A DNA stretch of 64,000 nt from an uncultured Phascolarctobacterium sp. (GTDB lineage: Bacteria; Bacillota; Negativicutes; Acidaminococcales; Acidaminococcaceae): positions 5 to 64,004 of the forward strand of contig CALCHC010000018.1 of assembly GCA_937901335.1 (NCBI GenBank), given 5' to 3'. A program made the translations under genes and the position numbers. The notes beneath the pieces are model-generated. The model was not told where the DNA came from, did no database searches, and worked only from the letters and a program-made list of their open reading frames with translations. Positions 8,375 through 18,839 of this stretch are shown in pieces (position 1 is the first letter of the stretch; each line of letters starts with the position of its first letter).

Positions 8375-9790
8375 TTATTTGTCAATACTGCTGTTATCCA
8401 AAATCATAAAAGATTCTGCATGCAGACCAGCATCAGACTCAATTTTAATAGAGCAGGAAAGTTCACGCTCCCAATTGCGTAAATCTCTTTGCTTCAACCA
8501 TTCAGCAAGCCAAGGATTCGCAGCAACCAGCACGTTTTTAGAGCTTCCTCTTTGACCAAGTAAGCTACGTAAACGACGCTTAATTTCCAGAGCCAAGGTT
8601 TCCCTGCTTTGCACTCTACCACTGCCACTGCAAACAGGACAGGGAGAATATAATACGGAAGATAAATTTTGACGGGACTTTTTACGAGTAATCTCCACCA
8701 AATTCAAAACAGTAATGTCTTGAACTTTGGGATGCATTTTGTCACCGCTCAAAGCACTTTGCAAAACACTTAAGATTTCTGCCTTGTGTTCTTCCGTGTG
8801 CATATCTATAAAGTCAACCACAATGATACCGCCAATATCACGCAGGCGTAATTGACGAGCAATTTCCACCGCTGCTTGACGGTTGATTTCCATAATGGTT
8901 TCTTCTAAATTTTCACGACCGCTAAACTTACCGCTGTTCACGTCGATAACGGTCATTGCTTCAGTGTAGTCAAAGACGATGTAGCCACCGTTGGGCAAAT
9001 CTACTTGCCTGTCGCTGATAGAAGCAACTGCTTCCGTTTGACCACAGTATGAGAAAATATCTTCTAAACCTTGATACATCTTCAGCTTAACATTCTTAGC
9101 CTGCGGAACGTTTTTCATCAACTCTTCCACACGTTTGTAGATGGCAAGGTCATCAATCATAATTTCTGTTAAATCAGGACGCAGGTAATCGCGAGCAATG
9201 CGAATAGCCAAATCCAGCTCACGACGCAAAAGCGCAGGAGCTTTCGCCAATTTTTCGCGAGCAACAAGCACACGCCAAGCTGCAACTAATTCAGCAATAT
9301 CCGCCGCCAAAAGTTCTTCGCTGACGCCGGTAGCTGCAGTACGAATTACAATGCCAACACCTTCAGGCTTAGCCGCTTCGCAAGCTTTTACTAAACGCTC
9401 ACGTTCAACCTTGTCCGTAATCTTACGGGACACGCCAATATAAGAAGCGTAGGGTAAAAGCACAACGTACTTACCAGGCAGCGTAACCTCGCGAGTAGCA
9501 GTAGGACCTTTAGTACCACGAGCATCCTTGGAAATTTGTACCAAGATGCTTTGACCTTCGGTCACGTCCATTTTATCTCCCAAGTACAAAAAGGCATTCT
9601 GTTCCAGCCCAATATCAATGAATGCTGCTTGGATACCACGCACTACATTGCATACACGACCTTTGAAGATACTGCCAACCAAATGGTTTTCTTCTGCGCG
9701 TTCCACCAAGTATTCCATCAGGCGTCCGTCTTCCACTAAACCCATGCGAGTTTCGTCTTCAGTAGCACCTATAATAATTTTCGCTGTCAT
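8375..9790 (-). CDS. rng: Ribonuclease E/G family endoribonuclease (RNase G-like)
   Basis: S1 domain (GSIFKGRVCNVVRGIQAAFIDIG), RNase E/G catalytic region and Zn-link CPVCSGSGRV. Start chosen at the ATG 5 nt after GGAGG (9790); the ORF-track start 9817 lies upstream of the RBS. Confidence 0.85.
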   Translation of the reverse strand: MTAKIIIGATEDETRMGLVEDGRLMEYLVERAEENHLVGSIFKGRVCNVVRGIQAAFIDIGLEQNAFLYLGDKMDVTEGQSILVQISKDARGTKGPTATREVTLPGKYVVLLPYASYIGVSRKITDKVERERLVKACEAAKPEGVGIVIRTAATGVSEELLAADIAELVAAWRVLVAREKLAKAPALLRRELDLAIRIARDYLRPDLTEIMIDDLAIYKRVEELMKNVPQAKNVKLKMYQGLEDIFSYCGQTEAVASISDRQVDLPNGGYIVFDYTEAMTVIDVNSGKFSGRENLEETIMEINRQAAVEIARQLRLRDIGGIIVVDFIDMHTEEHKAEILSVLQSALSGDKMHPKVQDITVLNLVEITRKKSRQNLSSVLYSPCPVCSGSGRVQSRETLALEIKRRLRSLLGQRGSSKNVLVAANPWLAEWLKQRDLRNWERELSCSIKIESDAGLHAESFMILDNSSIDK

Positions 9791-9873
9791 CATTGCCTCC
9801 TTTCTGCACTTGTGCATATTTTTTAGAACAATTTATTTTAACACATAAACCTTTTTCTGGCAAAAGAGTATAG

Positions 9874-9914
9874 TAAAAAATACCGACCTCGTTTTTTACG
9901 AAGTCGGTATTTTA
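9874..9914 (-). terminator. Terminator after the radical-SAM pair, upstream of rng
   Basis: 12-bp stem 9880-9891 / 9899-9910 (one G-U), followed by a T-run on the minus strand. Confidence 0.7.
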
Positions 9915-9919
9915 ATTGC

Positions 9920-10627
9920 TTATTGTAATTTTACAGCATCCTTGTTTAACATGGGAACTTTTTTGCCGCGTTTGGTTACTTTGTAGAGAGTATGGCGTTC
10001 AATATCTGCCATTTCTACAGGCAATTCCAAAGCATAAGCTTCGTTCAAAGCATTGAGCAAGTCAACTGCTTTCATGCTACCGGTCGGAGTAATTTTACAT
10101 TCAAAGGAGAAAATGGTTTTGCCATCTTTAAGTTCTACAGCGATTTCCGGAATGTAGAACTTAACATCAATTTCTTTGAACTTTTCTTTGCGTTTAGGAG
10201 CAGCTTTTTTGAAGAGCAGTTCTACTGCATCATTGTAGTTTGCCACGGCTTCAGTGATATCCTTGTCGTAAGGCAGGGTAACAACATAGCTTGCACCAGC
10301 AGCTTCTGCCATCAGTGCCGCAGTATTATTAGCTACTGCATCTGCCGCCAACACACGAATACCGCGAGGCAAAGCTTTATCCAAAGCTCTTGCTGCAGCT
10401 TCTACTTCCATAGGTTCTGCCAATTCGATTTCCACAAATTCAGTATAGCTAACTACGCCAACACCAAGTGCGGAAGCAAGGGAGAACTTCAAATGCGGGT
10501 TGAAGCCTTCGGAATAAGCAGCAGGCAATTTAGCACGACGTATAGCACGTTCAATGGTACGCACATATTCCAAGTGAGAGATGAAACGAATATCACGGTC
10601 TTTTGTAATTTGCATGCGTAATTTCAT
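9920..10627 (-). CDS. Radical-SAM-linked protein (TIGR03936 / DUF2344 type)
   Basis: 235-aa ORF translationally coupled to the upstream radical SAM gene (TAATG overlap). The N-terminus ...RFISHLEYVRTIERAIRRAKLP... is typical of DUF2344 proteins. Assignment is from recalled family features. Confidence 0.7.
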   Translation of the reverse strand: MKLRMQITKDRDIRFISHLEYVRTIERAIRRAKLPAAYSEGFNPHLKFSLASALGVGVVSYTEFVEIELAEPMEVEAAARALDKALPRGIRVLAADAVANNTAALMAEAAGASYVVTLPYDKDITEAVANYNDAVELLFKKAAPKRKEKFKEIDVKFYIPEIAVELKDGKTIFSFECKITPTGSMKAVDLLNALNEAYALELPVEMADIERHTLYKVTKRGKKVPMLNKDAVKLQ

Positions 10628-12489
10628 TATGCTTCACCTCGTTTATAGTCAATAATTTCTACACCCAATTTTTGGCAAACACCACAACCAGTACAGGTAC
10701 TGCGACGGCAATCGTGGGTAAGCTCTTGTGCTTGAGCCTTTTCCCATTCACGCCACAAGAACCTTCTGGAAACAGCAGGTTGTACATGTTCCCAAGGGAA
10801 TACTTCATTTTCACCACGAGTACGTGCTGCGTAGAAGTCTTTGTCCAAACCACATTCTGCCATAGATTCTAACCAGCGGTCATAGGAGAAGCAATCGCTC
10901 CAACCATCGAAGCGAGCACCTTTTTGCCAAGCGGTCAAGAGCACTTTGCCTAAACGTCTATCGCCACGAGCGAAGATTGCTTCAACGATACTGGTTTTAG
11001 CATCGTGGTATTGGAAGGTAATATTTTTAACTTTCAAAGCATCTTTCAAAAGGAATTGTTTGCGACGCAAAATTTCAATGTCATTTTGAGCAAACCATTG
11101 GAACGCAGTGTACGGTTTAGGAACGAAGCCGGAAGCACTTACAGTTACCTTGCAACCACGTTTACCGGTGATTTCATAATATTTATATTGAACTTTCTTC
11201 GCCAAATCAGCGATTGCCAGAATGTCTTCGTCAGTTTCAAAAGGCAAGCCAATCATAAAGTACAGTTTTACACTGTTCCAACCGGATTTGAAAGCTGCAG
11301 CTACTGCGTTCATCAAATCTTCTTCGGTTACACCTTTATTGATAACGTCACGCATTTTTTGGCTACCTGCTTCCGGAGCAAAGGTCAAGCCGCTTTTGCG
11401 TACTGCTTGTACTTCTTTAGCAATATCAACGGAGAAGCTGTCGATACGCAGGGACGGCAAGCTTACGCTTACGCGTTCATCCTTAAATTCTGCAATCAAG
11501 TCGTGTACCAAGGGAGCAAGGCAGGAATAATCAGCACTGCTCAAAGATACAAGAGACATTTCATTATAACCGGTATTATCTACCAATTTACGAGCAAGTT
11601 CTTTCAAAACTTCAGGCTTACGTTCACGAATGGGACGATATACCATGCCTGCATGACAGAAACGGCAACCGCGAGTGCAACCACGGAAAACTTCCAGCAT
11701 GATTCTATCGTGAACAATATCGTTGAAGGGAACGATGGGAGCATCGGGGAAATCGATGGTGTTCATATCTTTTACAACGCGTTTTTCTACGGCAGCAGGA
11801 GCAGCTTCGTTAATAACTTTCACTTCTGCAACAGTACCGTCTTCGTTGTAAACAGTTTCATAGAAGCTAGGAACATAGATGCCTTGAATTTTAACAACTT
11901 CATTTAAGAATCCTTGGCGACCGCCTACTTTGCCAGCTTTCTTCCAAGCTTTGTAAGCTTCCATAACTTCAATCATAATTTCTTCGCCTTCACCAATGAT
12001 GGCAAAGTCAAAGAAGTCAGCCAAAGGTTCCGGATTGTAAACGCAAGGACCACCAACGATAACAAAGGGGTCTTCATCCTTACGGTCAGCAGCAAGAATA
12101 GGAACATTACCCAATTCCAACATATTCAAAATATTGGTGTAAGAAAGTTCATATTGCAGAGTGAAGCCTACAATGTCACATTCTGCCAAAGTTTTTTCAG
12201 TTTCCAAAGTACGCAGGGGAATATTGCGTTCACGCATTTTAGCTTCCATATCAACCCAAGGAGCATAAACACGTTCAGCTTGCACGCCTGCAGTTTTGTT
12301 CAAAAGGTGGTATAAAATTTTAAAGCCTAAGTAGCTCATGCCAACTTCGTAAACGTCAGGGAAAGCCAAGGCGATAGTTGCTTCTACTTCTTCAGCAGGT
12401 TTAATAATGCTGCCAAATTCACCGCCGGTATAGCGGGCAGGCTTTTGCACACTGCTCAGTATGTCAATGGTCAATTCTTTTTCCATCAT
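10627..12489 (-). CDS. Uncharacterised radical SAM protein (TIGR03960 type)
   Basis: 620 aa with radical SAM motif FRGCTRGCRFCHAG and an extra C-terminal Cys cluster CRRSTCTGCGVC. Confidence 0.8.
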   Translation of the reverse strand: MMEKELTIDILSSVQKPARYTGGEFGSIIKPAEEVEATIALAFPDVYEVGMSYLGFKILYHLLNKTAGVQAERVYAPWVDMEAKMRERNIPLRTLETEKTLAECDIVGFTLQYELSYTNILNMLELGNVPILAADRKDEDPFVIVGGPCVYNPEPLADFFDFAIIGEGEEIMIEVMEAYKAWKKAGKVGGRQGFLNEVVKIQGIYVPSFYETVYNEDGTVAEVKVINEAAPAAVEKRVVKDMNTIDFPDAPIVPFNDIVHDRIMLEVFRGCTRGCRFCHAGMVYRPIRERKPEVLKELARKLVDNTGYNEMSLVSLSSADYSCLAPLVHDLIAEFKDERVSVSLPSLRIDSFSVDIAKEVQAVRKSGLTFAPEAGSQKMRDVINKGVTEEDLMNAVAAAFKSGWNSVKLYFMIGLPFETDEDILAIADLAKKVQYKYYEITGKRGCKVTVSASGFVPKPYTAFQWFAQNDIEILRRKQFLLKDALKVKNITFQYHDAKTSIVEAIFARGDRRLGKVLLTAWQKGARFDGWSDCFSYDRWLESMAECGLDKDFYAARTRGENEVFPWEHVQPAVSRRFLWREWEKAQAQELTHDCRRSTCTGCGVCQKLGVEIIDYKRGEA

Positions 12490-12496
12490 ATCCTCC

Positions 12497-13606
12497 TTAA
12501 AATTGTAGCTTTTGATCGCTAACTTTTATATTCAACAATAAAGCAATTAACATTGTATTAGTCAAAAGCGAGCTGACACCATAACTTAGAAATGGTAAGG
12601 GTACGCCTGTTACAGGCATAATGCCAATGGTCATACCAATATTTACCATAATGTGGAACATAAACATAGAAGTTACGCCCACCGCCAGCAAAGTGCCAAA
12701 ATCATCATCTGCGTTCAAGGCGATGGTAATACCTCGCCAGATGATAATAAAGTACATCAACAAAATGAAGGCAGCACCGATAAAACCAAACTCTTCACCA
12801 ACTACAGCGAAGATAAAGTCCGTATGGTTTTCCGGCAAAAAGTTCAGCTGACTTTGAGTGCCTTCAAGCCAACCTTTACCAAACAAGCCACCACTACCAA
12901 TAGCAATCTTAGATTGAATTACGTGGTAACCACTGCCGTAAGGGTCAAGCTCCGGATTTAAGAACACGCGAATACGGTTCTTTTGATAATCTTTAAGTAC
13001 GAATCTCCAGATTAAAGGCATCAGTGAAACGAACAATGTCGTACACCAGACAAACCATCTAATCTTAAATCCACTGACGAAAATCATTCCCAAAAGAATT
13101 GCCATAAAAGTAAGGGAAGTTCCCAAATCAGGTTGCTTCAATACTAAAACGAATGGCACGAAAATGTAGAGGAAGACAGGTATGTAATCCTTAAAATCTT
13201 CCAACCATTCAATACGCCTTTCCATAAAGGCAGCAAGGCAAATTATCAGGAATACTTTGGCAAATTCAGAAGGTTGTACGGTAAACCCACCAATCTGAAT
13301 CCAACGTTGCGCACCAAGTTGGGTTGTGCCAAAGAACATTACTGCTATCAAAATCAAAACATTAAAAATGTAAAAAGGTGTAGCATAATTTTTTAAGATG
13401 CGGTAATCAAACCGCAAGGTGCAAATTGCAAGAAAGATAGCAATGAGCATAAACGTACTTTGGCGATTAAAATGCCAAGACTTACCTGTACTAACAGCAA
13501 AGCTATGAGTTGCACTGTCAATCAAACCTAAACCACAGCCCATTAAAATCAGTACGGCAAAAATCAGCCACCAATCTAAATTGCGTAAAATACGCCTTAA
13601 GCCCAT
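12497..13606 (-). CDS. rodA: SEDS-family peptidoglycan glycosyltransferase RodA
   Basis: 369-aa polytopic FtsW/RodA/SpoVE-family ORF directly downstream of the PBP2 gene in the mre cluster. Confidence 0.85.
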   Translation of the reverse strand: MGLRRILRNLDWWLIFAVLILMGCGLGLIDSATHSFAVSTGKSWHFNRQSTFMLIAIFLAICTLRFDYRILKNYATPFYIFNVLILIAVMFFGTTQLGAQRWIQIGGFTVQPSEFAKVFLIICLAAFMERRIEWLEDFKDYIPVFLYIFVPFVLVLKQPDLGTSLTFMAILLGMIFVSGFKIRWFVWCTTLFVSLMPLIWRFVLKDYQKNRIRVFLNPELDPYGSGYHVIQSKIAIGSGGLFGKGWLEGTQSQLNFLPENHTDFIFAVVGEEFGFIGAAFILLMYFIIIWRGITIALNADDDFGTLLAVGVTSMFMFHIMVNIGMTIGIMPVTGVPLPFLSYGVSSLLTNTMLIALLLNIKVSDQKLQF

Positions 13607-13628
13607 CCTGCTACTCCTTTCTTAAATA

Positions 13629-15689
13629 CTAGTCATCATTTTCAGACTTATCTTTTTTCTTTTTAGCTTTTTTCTTCTTATCTGACTTGGACTTTTTCTT
13701 TTTGTCCTCTTCAGCTTTTTTATCGCCTAATTCTTTTTTAAGTTCAGCTTCGGCTTCCGCCTTAGCTTCTTGCAAAGCAGCTTGTGCCTGCTTATCGGCA
13801 AGTGCTTCTTGCTTCATGCGCTCTGTCTTTTCAGCCAAAGCTCTTTGAGCAGCTTCTACACGAGCCATTGCTTCCAGTTCTTCTTTCGTAGGTTCAGGAG
13901 GTAATAAACCTTTACTACGATATAATTCCTCAAAAGCTTTATATACGATAGGACCTGCAGAGGAGCTACCATAACCACCTTGTTCAACAATGGCAACTAC
14001 TACCAATTCCGGATCTTCTACGGGACCATAAGCTACAAACAAACCATGGTCGCGACCGTGGGGGTTTTCTGCAGTACCGGTTTTGCCTGCTACTTTACGA
14101 GGCAAAGAAGAGAAGTAGGAAGCAGTACCGCCTGCTTCAGTAGTAGCACTCATACCATCGCGCATATAGTCAATGGTACGTTGTGAAACATCTATGTGCT
14201 TACTTTCCCTACGTTCAGGTCTACCATAAACGGTACCATCAGGATTCAGGTAACTATCTACTAAATAAGGTTGATGCTTAATACCACCATTTGCTACACA
14301 ACTAAGCATTACTGCAAGTTGCAAAGGAGTGGAAAGGTTAAATCCTTGTCCGATGGCAGCGTTAAAGGTATCGCCCAAACGCCAGCCTTCGTTCCAAATA
14401 TCCATCTTTACTTGCTTGGAAGCAACAAGGCCACTACTTTCGTCGTCCAAGTCAATACCGGTAGGTGAACCAAAACCATAAATACGTGCGTATTTAGCAA
14501 TGGCATCTATGCCTACACGATAACCAAGTTCATAGAAATATACGTTGTCGGACATTGCCAAGCCTTTGATGAAGCTTAACCAGCCCAACACTTCACCACC
14601 TGCGTTACCCATAGTGGGAACGAGGGGATGGAAGCCACCATCGTAAATAAGCTCCGTCAGTTTTACCTTATCAAGTTCAAAGGCAGCACTGCCTGTAACA
14701 ATCTTAAAGGTAGAACCGGGCGGATATTCACCGTTGATAGCTTTATTATTTAACGGGTAGTTAGGGTCATTATTGATGGCATTCCAATCTTTAGTGGAAA
14801 TACCATTTACAAACAAGTTAGGATTATAACCGGGACGGCTAATCATAGCCTTTACTGCACCAGTGCGCGGGTCAAGGGCAACAAGTGCCGCAGCTCTCGC
14901 CTTAGGCGCAAGCTTAGTCTTACGCAAATATTCCAAGTGGGCATCCATAAATTTTTCCAACTTGAATTGCATATTATAGTCAATGGTCAGTTTTAAGCTT
15001 TTACCTGGAATGGGTTGCACAGTATCGTAATGTTGCACTACATTGCCGGCAACGTCAACTTCTTCCATAAAAGTACCATCTTCACCACGTAAAACTTTGT
15101 CATAAGTTTTTTCCAAACCGGACTTACCAACGATACTACCTTGGGAAACGCCTTTAAACAGACCTTTTTCAATTTCGTAAGAACTTACTTCACCAACATA
15201 ACCTAAAGCATGTACTGCCAATTCATTGTGCAGATAATTACGCATAGGTTGTACTTGTAAGATTACGTCAGGCAAATCTCGACGTTGTTCTTCAATCTTG
15301 GTAATCAGTTCAGTAGAAATATTTGCTTTCAACACAACGGGTTCAGAATAATACTCGTTGTCCTTAATTTTCTTTTCTATTTTTTCTAAGGGAATGTCCA
15401 ACAAAACGCTTAAACGCTTCAACATTTCCTTATCGTATTTATTTTGTTTTTGCAAGGCTACGGCGTAACCGGGCAAATTATTTACCAGCTCCTTGCCATT
15501 GCAGTCATAAATCATTCCGCGAGGAGCAAGTATCCTGGACTGACGCAAACGGTTGCCATCTGCTTGCTTCACGTAGTAGTCACCACGCCACAGTTGCAAA
15601 TAGGCCATGCGTCCTAACAATACTACAAAAAGAAAAAAGCACAGCCAAAACATTGCATATAGACGTGCCATATTATGTTTATTAAGCAT
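13629..15689 (-). CDS. mrdA: Penicillin-binding protein 2 (elongasome transpeptidase) with a long charged C-terminal tail
   Basis: N-terminal TM anchor, PBP dimerisation domain and transpeptidase motifs STFK, SDN and KTGT. The last ~90 aa are Ala/Glu/Lys-rich and end in poly-Lys. Confidence 0.85.
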   Translation of the reverse strand: MLNKHNMARLYAMFWLCFFLFVVLLGRMAYLQLWRGDYYVKQADGNRLRQSRILAPRGMIYDCNGKELVNNLPGYAVALQKQNKYDKEMLKRLSVLLDIPLEKIEKKIKDNEYYSEPVVLKANISTELITKIEEQRRDLPDVILQVQPMRNYLHNELAVHALGYVGEVSSYEIEKGLFKGVSQGSIVGKSGLEKTYDKVLRGEDGTFMEEVDVAGNVVQHYDTVQPIPGKSLKLTIDYNMQFKLEKFMDAHLEYLRKTKLAPKARAAALVALDPRTGAVKAMISRPGYNPNLFVNGISTKDWNAINNDPNYPLNNKAINGEYPPGSTFKIVTGSAAFELDKVKLTELIYDGGFHPLVPTMGNAGGEVLGWLSFIKGLAMSDNVYFYELGYRVGIDAIAKYARIYGFGSPTGIDLDDESSGLVASKQVKMDIWNEGWRLGDTFNAAIGQGFNLSTPLQLAVMLSCVANGGIKHQPYLVDSYLNPDGTVYGRPERRESKHIDVSQRTIDYMRDGMSATTEAGGTASYFSSLPRKVAGKTGTAENPHGRDHGLFVAYGPVEDPELVVVAIVEQGGYGSSSAGPIVYKAFEELYRSKGLLPPEPTKEELEAMARVEAAQRALAEKTERMKQEALADKQAQAALQEAKAEAEAELKKELGDKKAEEDKKKKSKSDKKKKAKKKKDKSENDD

Positions 15690-15715
15690 GTGCTGTCTCC
15701 TTCTTCACTTCAATA

Positions 15716-16216
15716 TTAATAAGAAATATCTTCTTCACGTACCCAGTCGTAAATTTTCTTAACTAAACGTACAACCGGAACAACTAACAAAATATTACCT
15801 ACACAATAACCAATGGTATCCCACACAAAATGGGGAAACATACTCCATAAACCGCCACTACGTACCAGTTCCACCCACCACAAGGCAAAACGCAACAGTA
15901 AGGAAAAAACACCAATGGCTAGCATATGGTAGCTGGGATTATCCTTAAAAACTTTTTCACGAGTAATACCAATCAAGTAACCCATACAGCTACGGGTCAA
16001 CATATGAAACCCAAAAATGCCAGGGGTAAGCGCATCTTGCAGTAAGCCAATGCCTAACCCTGCAAAAAGTCCGGAACCTTCTTGTCTAAGCATGCAATAA
16101 CCATACAAAGCCAAAAGTGGTAAATCAAAATCAATCCAACCAGTGTAAAAAACAGTTACCGCACCCTGTAACATCAATAAGAACAGAAACAGGACGGGCC
16201 AAATCAGTCTCCTCAT
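15716..16216 (-). CDS. mreD: Rod shape-determining protein MreD
   Basis: 166-aa polytopic ORF overlapping the mreC stop by 4 nt, in the canonical mreBCD position. Confidence 0.75.
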   Translation of the reverse strand: MRRLIWPVLFLFLLMLQGAVTVFYTGWIDFDLPLLALYGYCMLRQEGSGLFAGLGIGLLQDALTPGIFGFHMLTRSCMGYLIGITREKVFKDNPSYHMLAIGVFSLLLRFALWWVELVRSGGLWSMFPHFVWDTIGYCVGNILLVVPVVRLVKKIYDWVREEDISY

Positions 16217-17073
16217 TTTGCCTGTCCTCCCTGTAATTTCATATCAATTTTTTGTTCCGGAGTAAAGTGGGTTACGACAAGTACGTGTTCCACATCCGCA
16301 ACGTCAGCCACAGGAACTACGTCAGCTTCCTGCAACAAGCCTACATTACTAAAACGCACATCAGCTACAGTGCCAATCAATATGTTTTCCGGATGGCTAC
16401 CGCTATAACCACTGGTTACAACGATATCACCATTTTTAACACTTGCTTCACGGAAGATGTGCTCCATAATAAGCATATCTCTAATACCACTGCGACCATT
16501 AACTACGCCTACAGCTCTAGAATCAGAACGCACAATTCTCGCACCAATCTTACAACGAGCCGAAGTAATCAACAGCACCTTGGAATAATCGTCATAAACT
16601 TCATCAACGATGCCTACAAGTCCGCTACCATCAAGAACAGCCATCTCGCGTTTTAAACCAGCATCCTTGCCAATGTTTATATACATACTATCACGTAAAT
16701 CTCCAAAGTTACGAGCAATTACCTTAGCAGCACGAGTAGTTTGAGTTCTGTGCTGTTCCTTGTAATTAAGCAATTCACGCAGTTGTTTGTTTTCCGCATG
16801 AATCGCCGCCATAGCCACGTTGGCATTACGCAATTCTACATTATCTCGTTTTAGTTCTTCATTCTCGCTCTGTAAAACTGTCAATGCACGCCAATAACCA
16901 CGAATGTTGTCACCGGTGTTACCAATCGCAACAAGTGCATTTTCTACAGGCATTACCACGGTTGCCACTGCCTTATTAATCAAGGGGAAGCGACTCTTAC
17001 CGGAAACAGCCAAGGCCAACATCGAGAAAATAACCAACACGAACAGTGCGCAGAGCATACTTTTTTTACCCAT
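16213..17073 (-). CDS. mreC: Rod shape-determining protein MreC
   Basis: 286 aa with an N-terminal TM helix, a coiled-coil (ENEELKRDNVELRN) and a beta-rich C-terminal domain, located between mreB and mreD. Confidence 0.85.
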   Translation of the reverse strand: MGKKSMLCALFVLVIFSMLALAVSGKSRFPLINKAVATVVMPVENALVAIGNTGDNIRGYWRALTVLQSENEELKRDNVELRNANVAMAAIHAENKQLRELLNYKEQHRTQTTRAAKVIARNFGDLRDSMYINIGKDAGLKREMAVLDGSGLVGIVDEVYDDYSKVLLITSARCKIGARIVRSDSRAVGVVNGRSGIRDMLIMEHIFREASVKNGDIVVTSGYSGSHPENILIGTVADVRFSNVGLLQEADVVPVADVADVEHVLVVTHFTPEQKIDMKLQGGQAK

Positions 17074-17092
17074 TGCGCTACCTTATCAAAAG

Positions 17093-18136
17093 TTATTTAG
17101 AGGTCATAAAACCTTTTTTATAAATATCAATATTTTCTACAGCAATACCAGTACCCAATACTACGCAGTTCAATGCTTCATCAGATACGAATACGGGCAT
17201 ACCGGTTTCTCTGGAAATCAATCTATCCAAATTACGGAGCATGGAGCTGCCGCCAGTCATAACAATACCACGGTCCATAATATCTGCAGAAAGTTCAGGC
17301 GGAGTACGTTCCAAAGTATTACGAACTGCATCAACAATATTGCTAACAGGTTCTTCTACTGCTTCGCAAACATGGTTAGCGTTAACAGTAATATTTTTCG
17401 GCAAACCAGTTACCAAGTCGCGACCACGAACATCCATGGTAGGAGGATTATCCACCTTCATAGCAGTACCGATTTCAATTTTAATTGCTTCTGCAGTACG
17501 GTCACCAATAAGCAAATTAAAGGTTTTACGAACGTAACGAACGATGGCAGCATCAATGGAGTCACCACCGGAACGAACACTCTTACTAACAACGATACCA
17601 CCCAAAGAAATTACTGCTACTTCGCAGGTACCGCCACCAATATCTACAACCATGCTACCGGTAGCTTCTTGAACAGGCAAGCCTGCACCAATTGCTGCAG
17701 CCATAGGTTCTTCAATCAAATATGCTTCACGCGCACCAGCTTCAATGGTAGCATCGATAACTGCACGTTTTTCAACTTCAGTTACACCAGAAGGAACACC
17801 TACCAAAATGCGGGGGCGTACAAATGCTTTGCTACCCATTGCAGTTTTGATGAAATGTTTAAGCATGGATTGGGTGATTTCGTAATCAGCAATAACACCA
17901 TCTTTCATCGGACGGATAGCTACGATGTTACCGGGAGTACGACCAATCATACGCTTTGCTTCTGCGCCAATTGCCAATACTTCGTTAGTATCAACTTCTA
18001 CTGCTACAACGGAAGGTTCACGAATGATGATACCTTTTTCTTTGCAATGTACCAAAGTGTTAGCAGTACCTAAATCTATACCCATGTCATCAGACATATT
18101 ATTGAAAAAACTAATGTTAGGAAACTTAAATTTCAT
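17093..18136 (-). CDS. mreB: Rod shape-determining actin homologue MreB
   Basis: Conserved MreB motifs ([27 protein letters not shown]). Start at ATG 18136 (GGAGG at 18149-18145, 8-nt spacer); the ORF-track ATG 18151 overlaps the RBS. Confidence 0.95.
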   Translation of the reverse strand: MKFKFPNISFFNNMSDDMGIDLGTANTLVHCKEKGIIIREPSVVAVEVDTNEVLAIGAEAKRMIGRTPGNIVAIRPMKDGVIADYEITQSMLKHFIKTAMGSKAFVRPRILVGVPSGVTEVEKRAVIDATIEAGAREAYLIEEPMAAAIGAGLPVQEATGSMVVDIGGGTCEVAVISLGGIVVSKSVRSGGDSIDAAIVRYVRKTFNLLIGDRTAEAIKIEIGTAMKVDNPPTMDVRGRDLVTGLPKNITVNANHVCEAVEEPVSNIVDAVRNTLERTPPELSADIMDRGIVMTGGSSMLRNLDRLISRETGMPVFVSDEALNCVVLGTGIAVENIDIYKKGFMTSK

Positions 18137-18152
18137 TTTGCGTTCCTCCATT

Positions 18153-18839
18153 CTAAAATGCTTCGTTCTCTAGAAAACTGTAATAATTACCGTCACCGAT
18201 AATCACATGGTCAATCATCGGAATACCCAACACTTTGCCAGAACGTAATAACTGTCTGGTAACTTCTTCATCTTCAATGCTAGGTTTGGGATCACCGGAG
18301 GGATGATTGTGTGCCACCATAATTGCCGCCGCGTGATGAAGTATAGCAGGAGCAAATACCTCACGAGGATGCACCACGGAACTACTCAAAGAGCCTTCGG
18401 ATACAACTTCCGTCCCGATAACTTTGTTCTTGTTGTTTAACAAGATAACTACAAACTGTTCCTTAGCTGCGTAACGCAAGCGTGGCATCAAAAAATCTGC
18501 AACATCCTGCGGACAGCTTAAATGTATCTTTTCAATGGGCTTAGCAGAAGCAATACGTCTGCCAATTTCCAGAGCCGCTAAAACAGTAGCTGCCTTAGCT
18601 TGCCCCAACCCTTTTATATTCGTAAGTTCATTTAGACGAGTAATACCTGCCAAGCGTTTATACAAACCACCGTCGGCAGTCATTTCACTCGCAATATCAA
18701 TAGCAGATTTTTCTGCTGTACCAGTACGCAACAAAATGGCAATCAGTTCAGCATCTGTTAAGACTGCTGCTCCATTGGCTGCCATTTTTTCGCGAGGTCT
18801 GTCATTAAGCGGAATTTCCTTAATGGTTTTAATGTGCAA
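18153..18839 (-). CDS. radC: RadC-family JAB/MPN domain protein
   Basis: Helix-hairpin-helix N-terminus ([14 protein letters not shown]) and JAMM motif [14 protein letters not shown] start abuts the maf stop. Confidence 0.9.
   Translation of the reverse strand: MHIKTIKEIPLNDRPREKMAANGAAVLTDAELIAILLRTGTAEKSAIDIASEMTADGGLYKRLAGITRLNELTNIKGLGQAKAATVLAALEIGRRIASAKPIEKIHLSCPQDVADFLMPRLRYAAKEQFVVILLNNKNKVIGTEVVSEGSLSSSVVHPREVFAPAILHHAAAIMVAHNHPSGDPKPSIEDEEVTRQLLRSGKVLGIPMIDHVIIGDGNYYSFLENEAF

Noticed and set aside
13606-13629. Looked for minCDE between mrdA and rodA, or elsewhere in the mre-rod-rplU block, where many Firmicutes carry it.
   Set aside because: Not present in this window. Absence here says nothing about the rest of the genome, so no claim is made.
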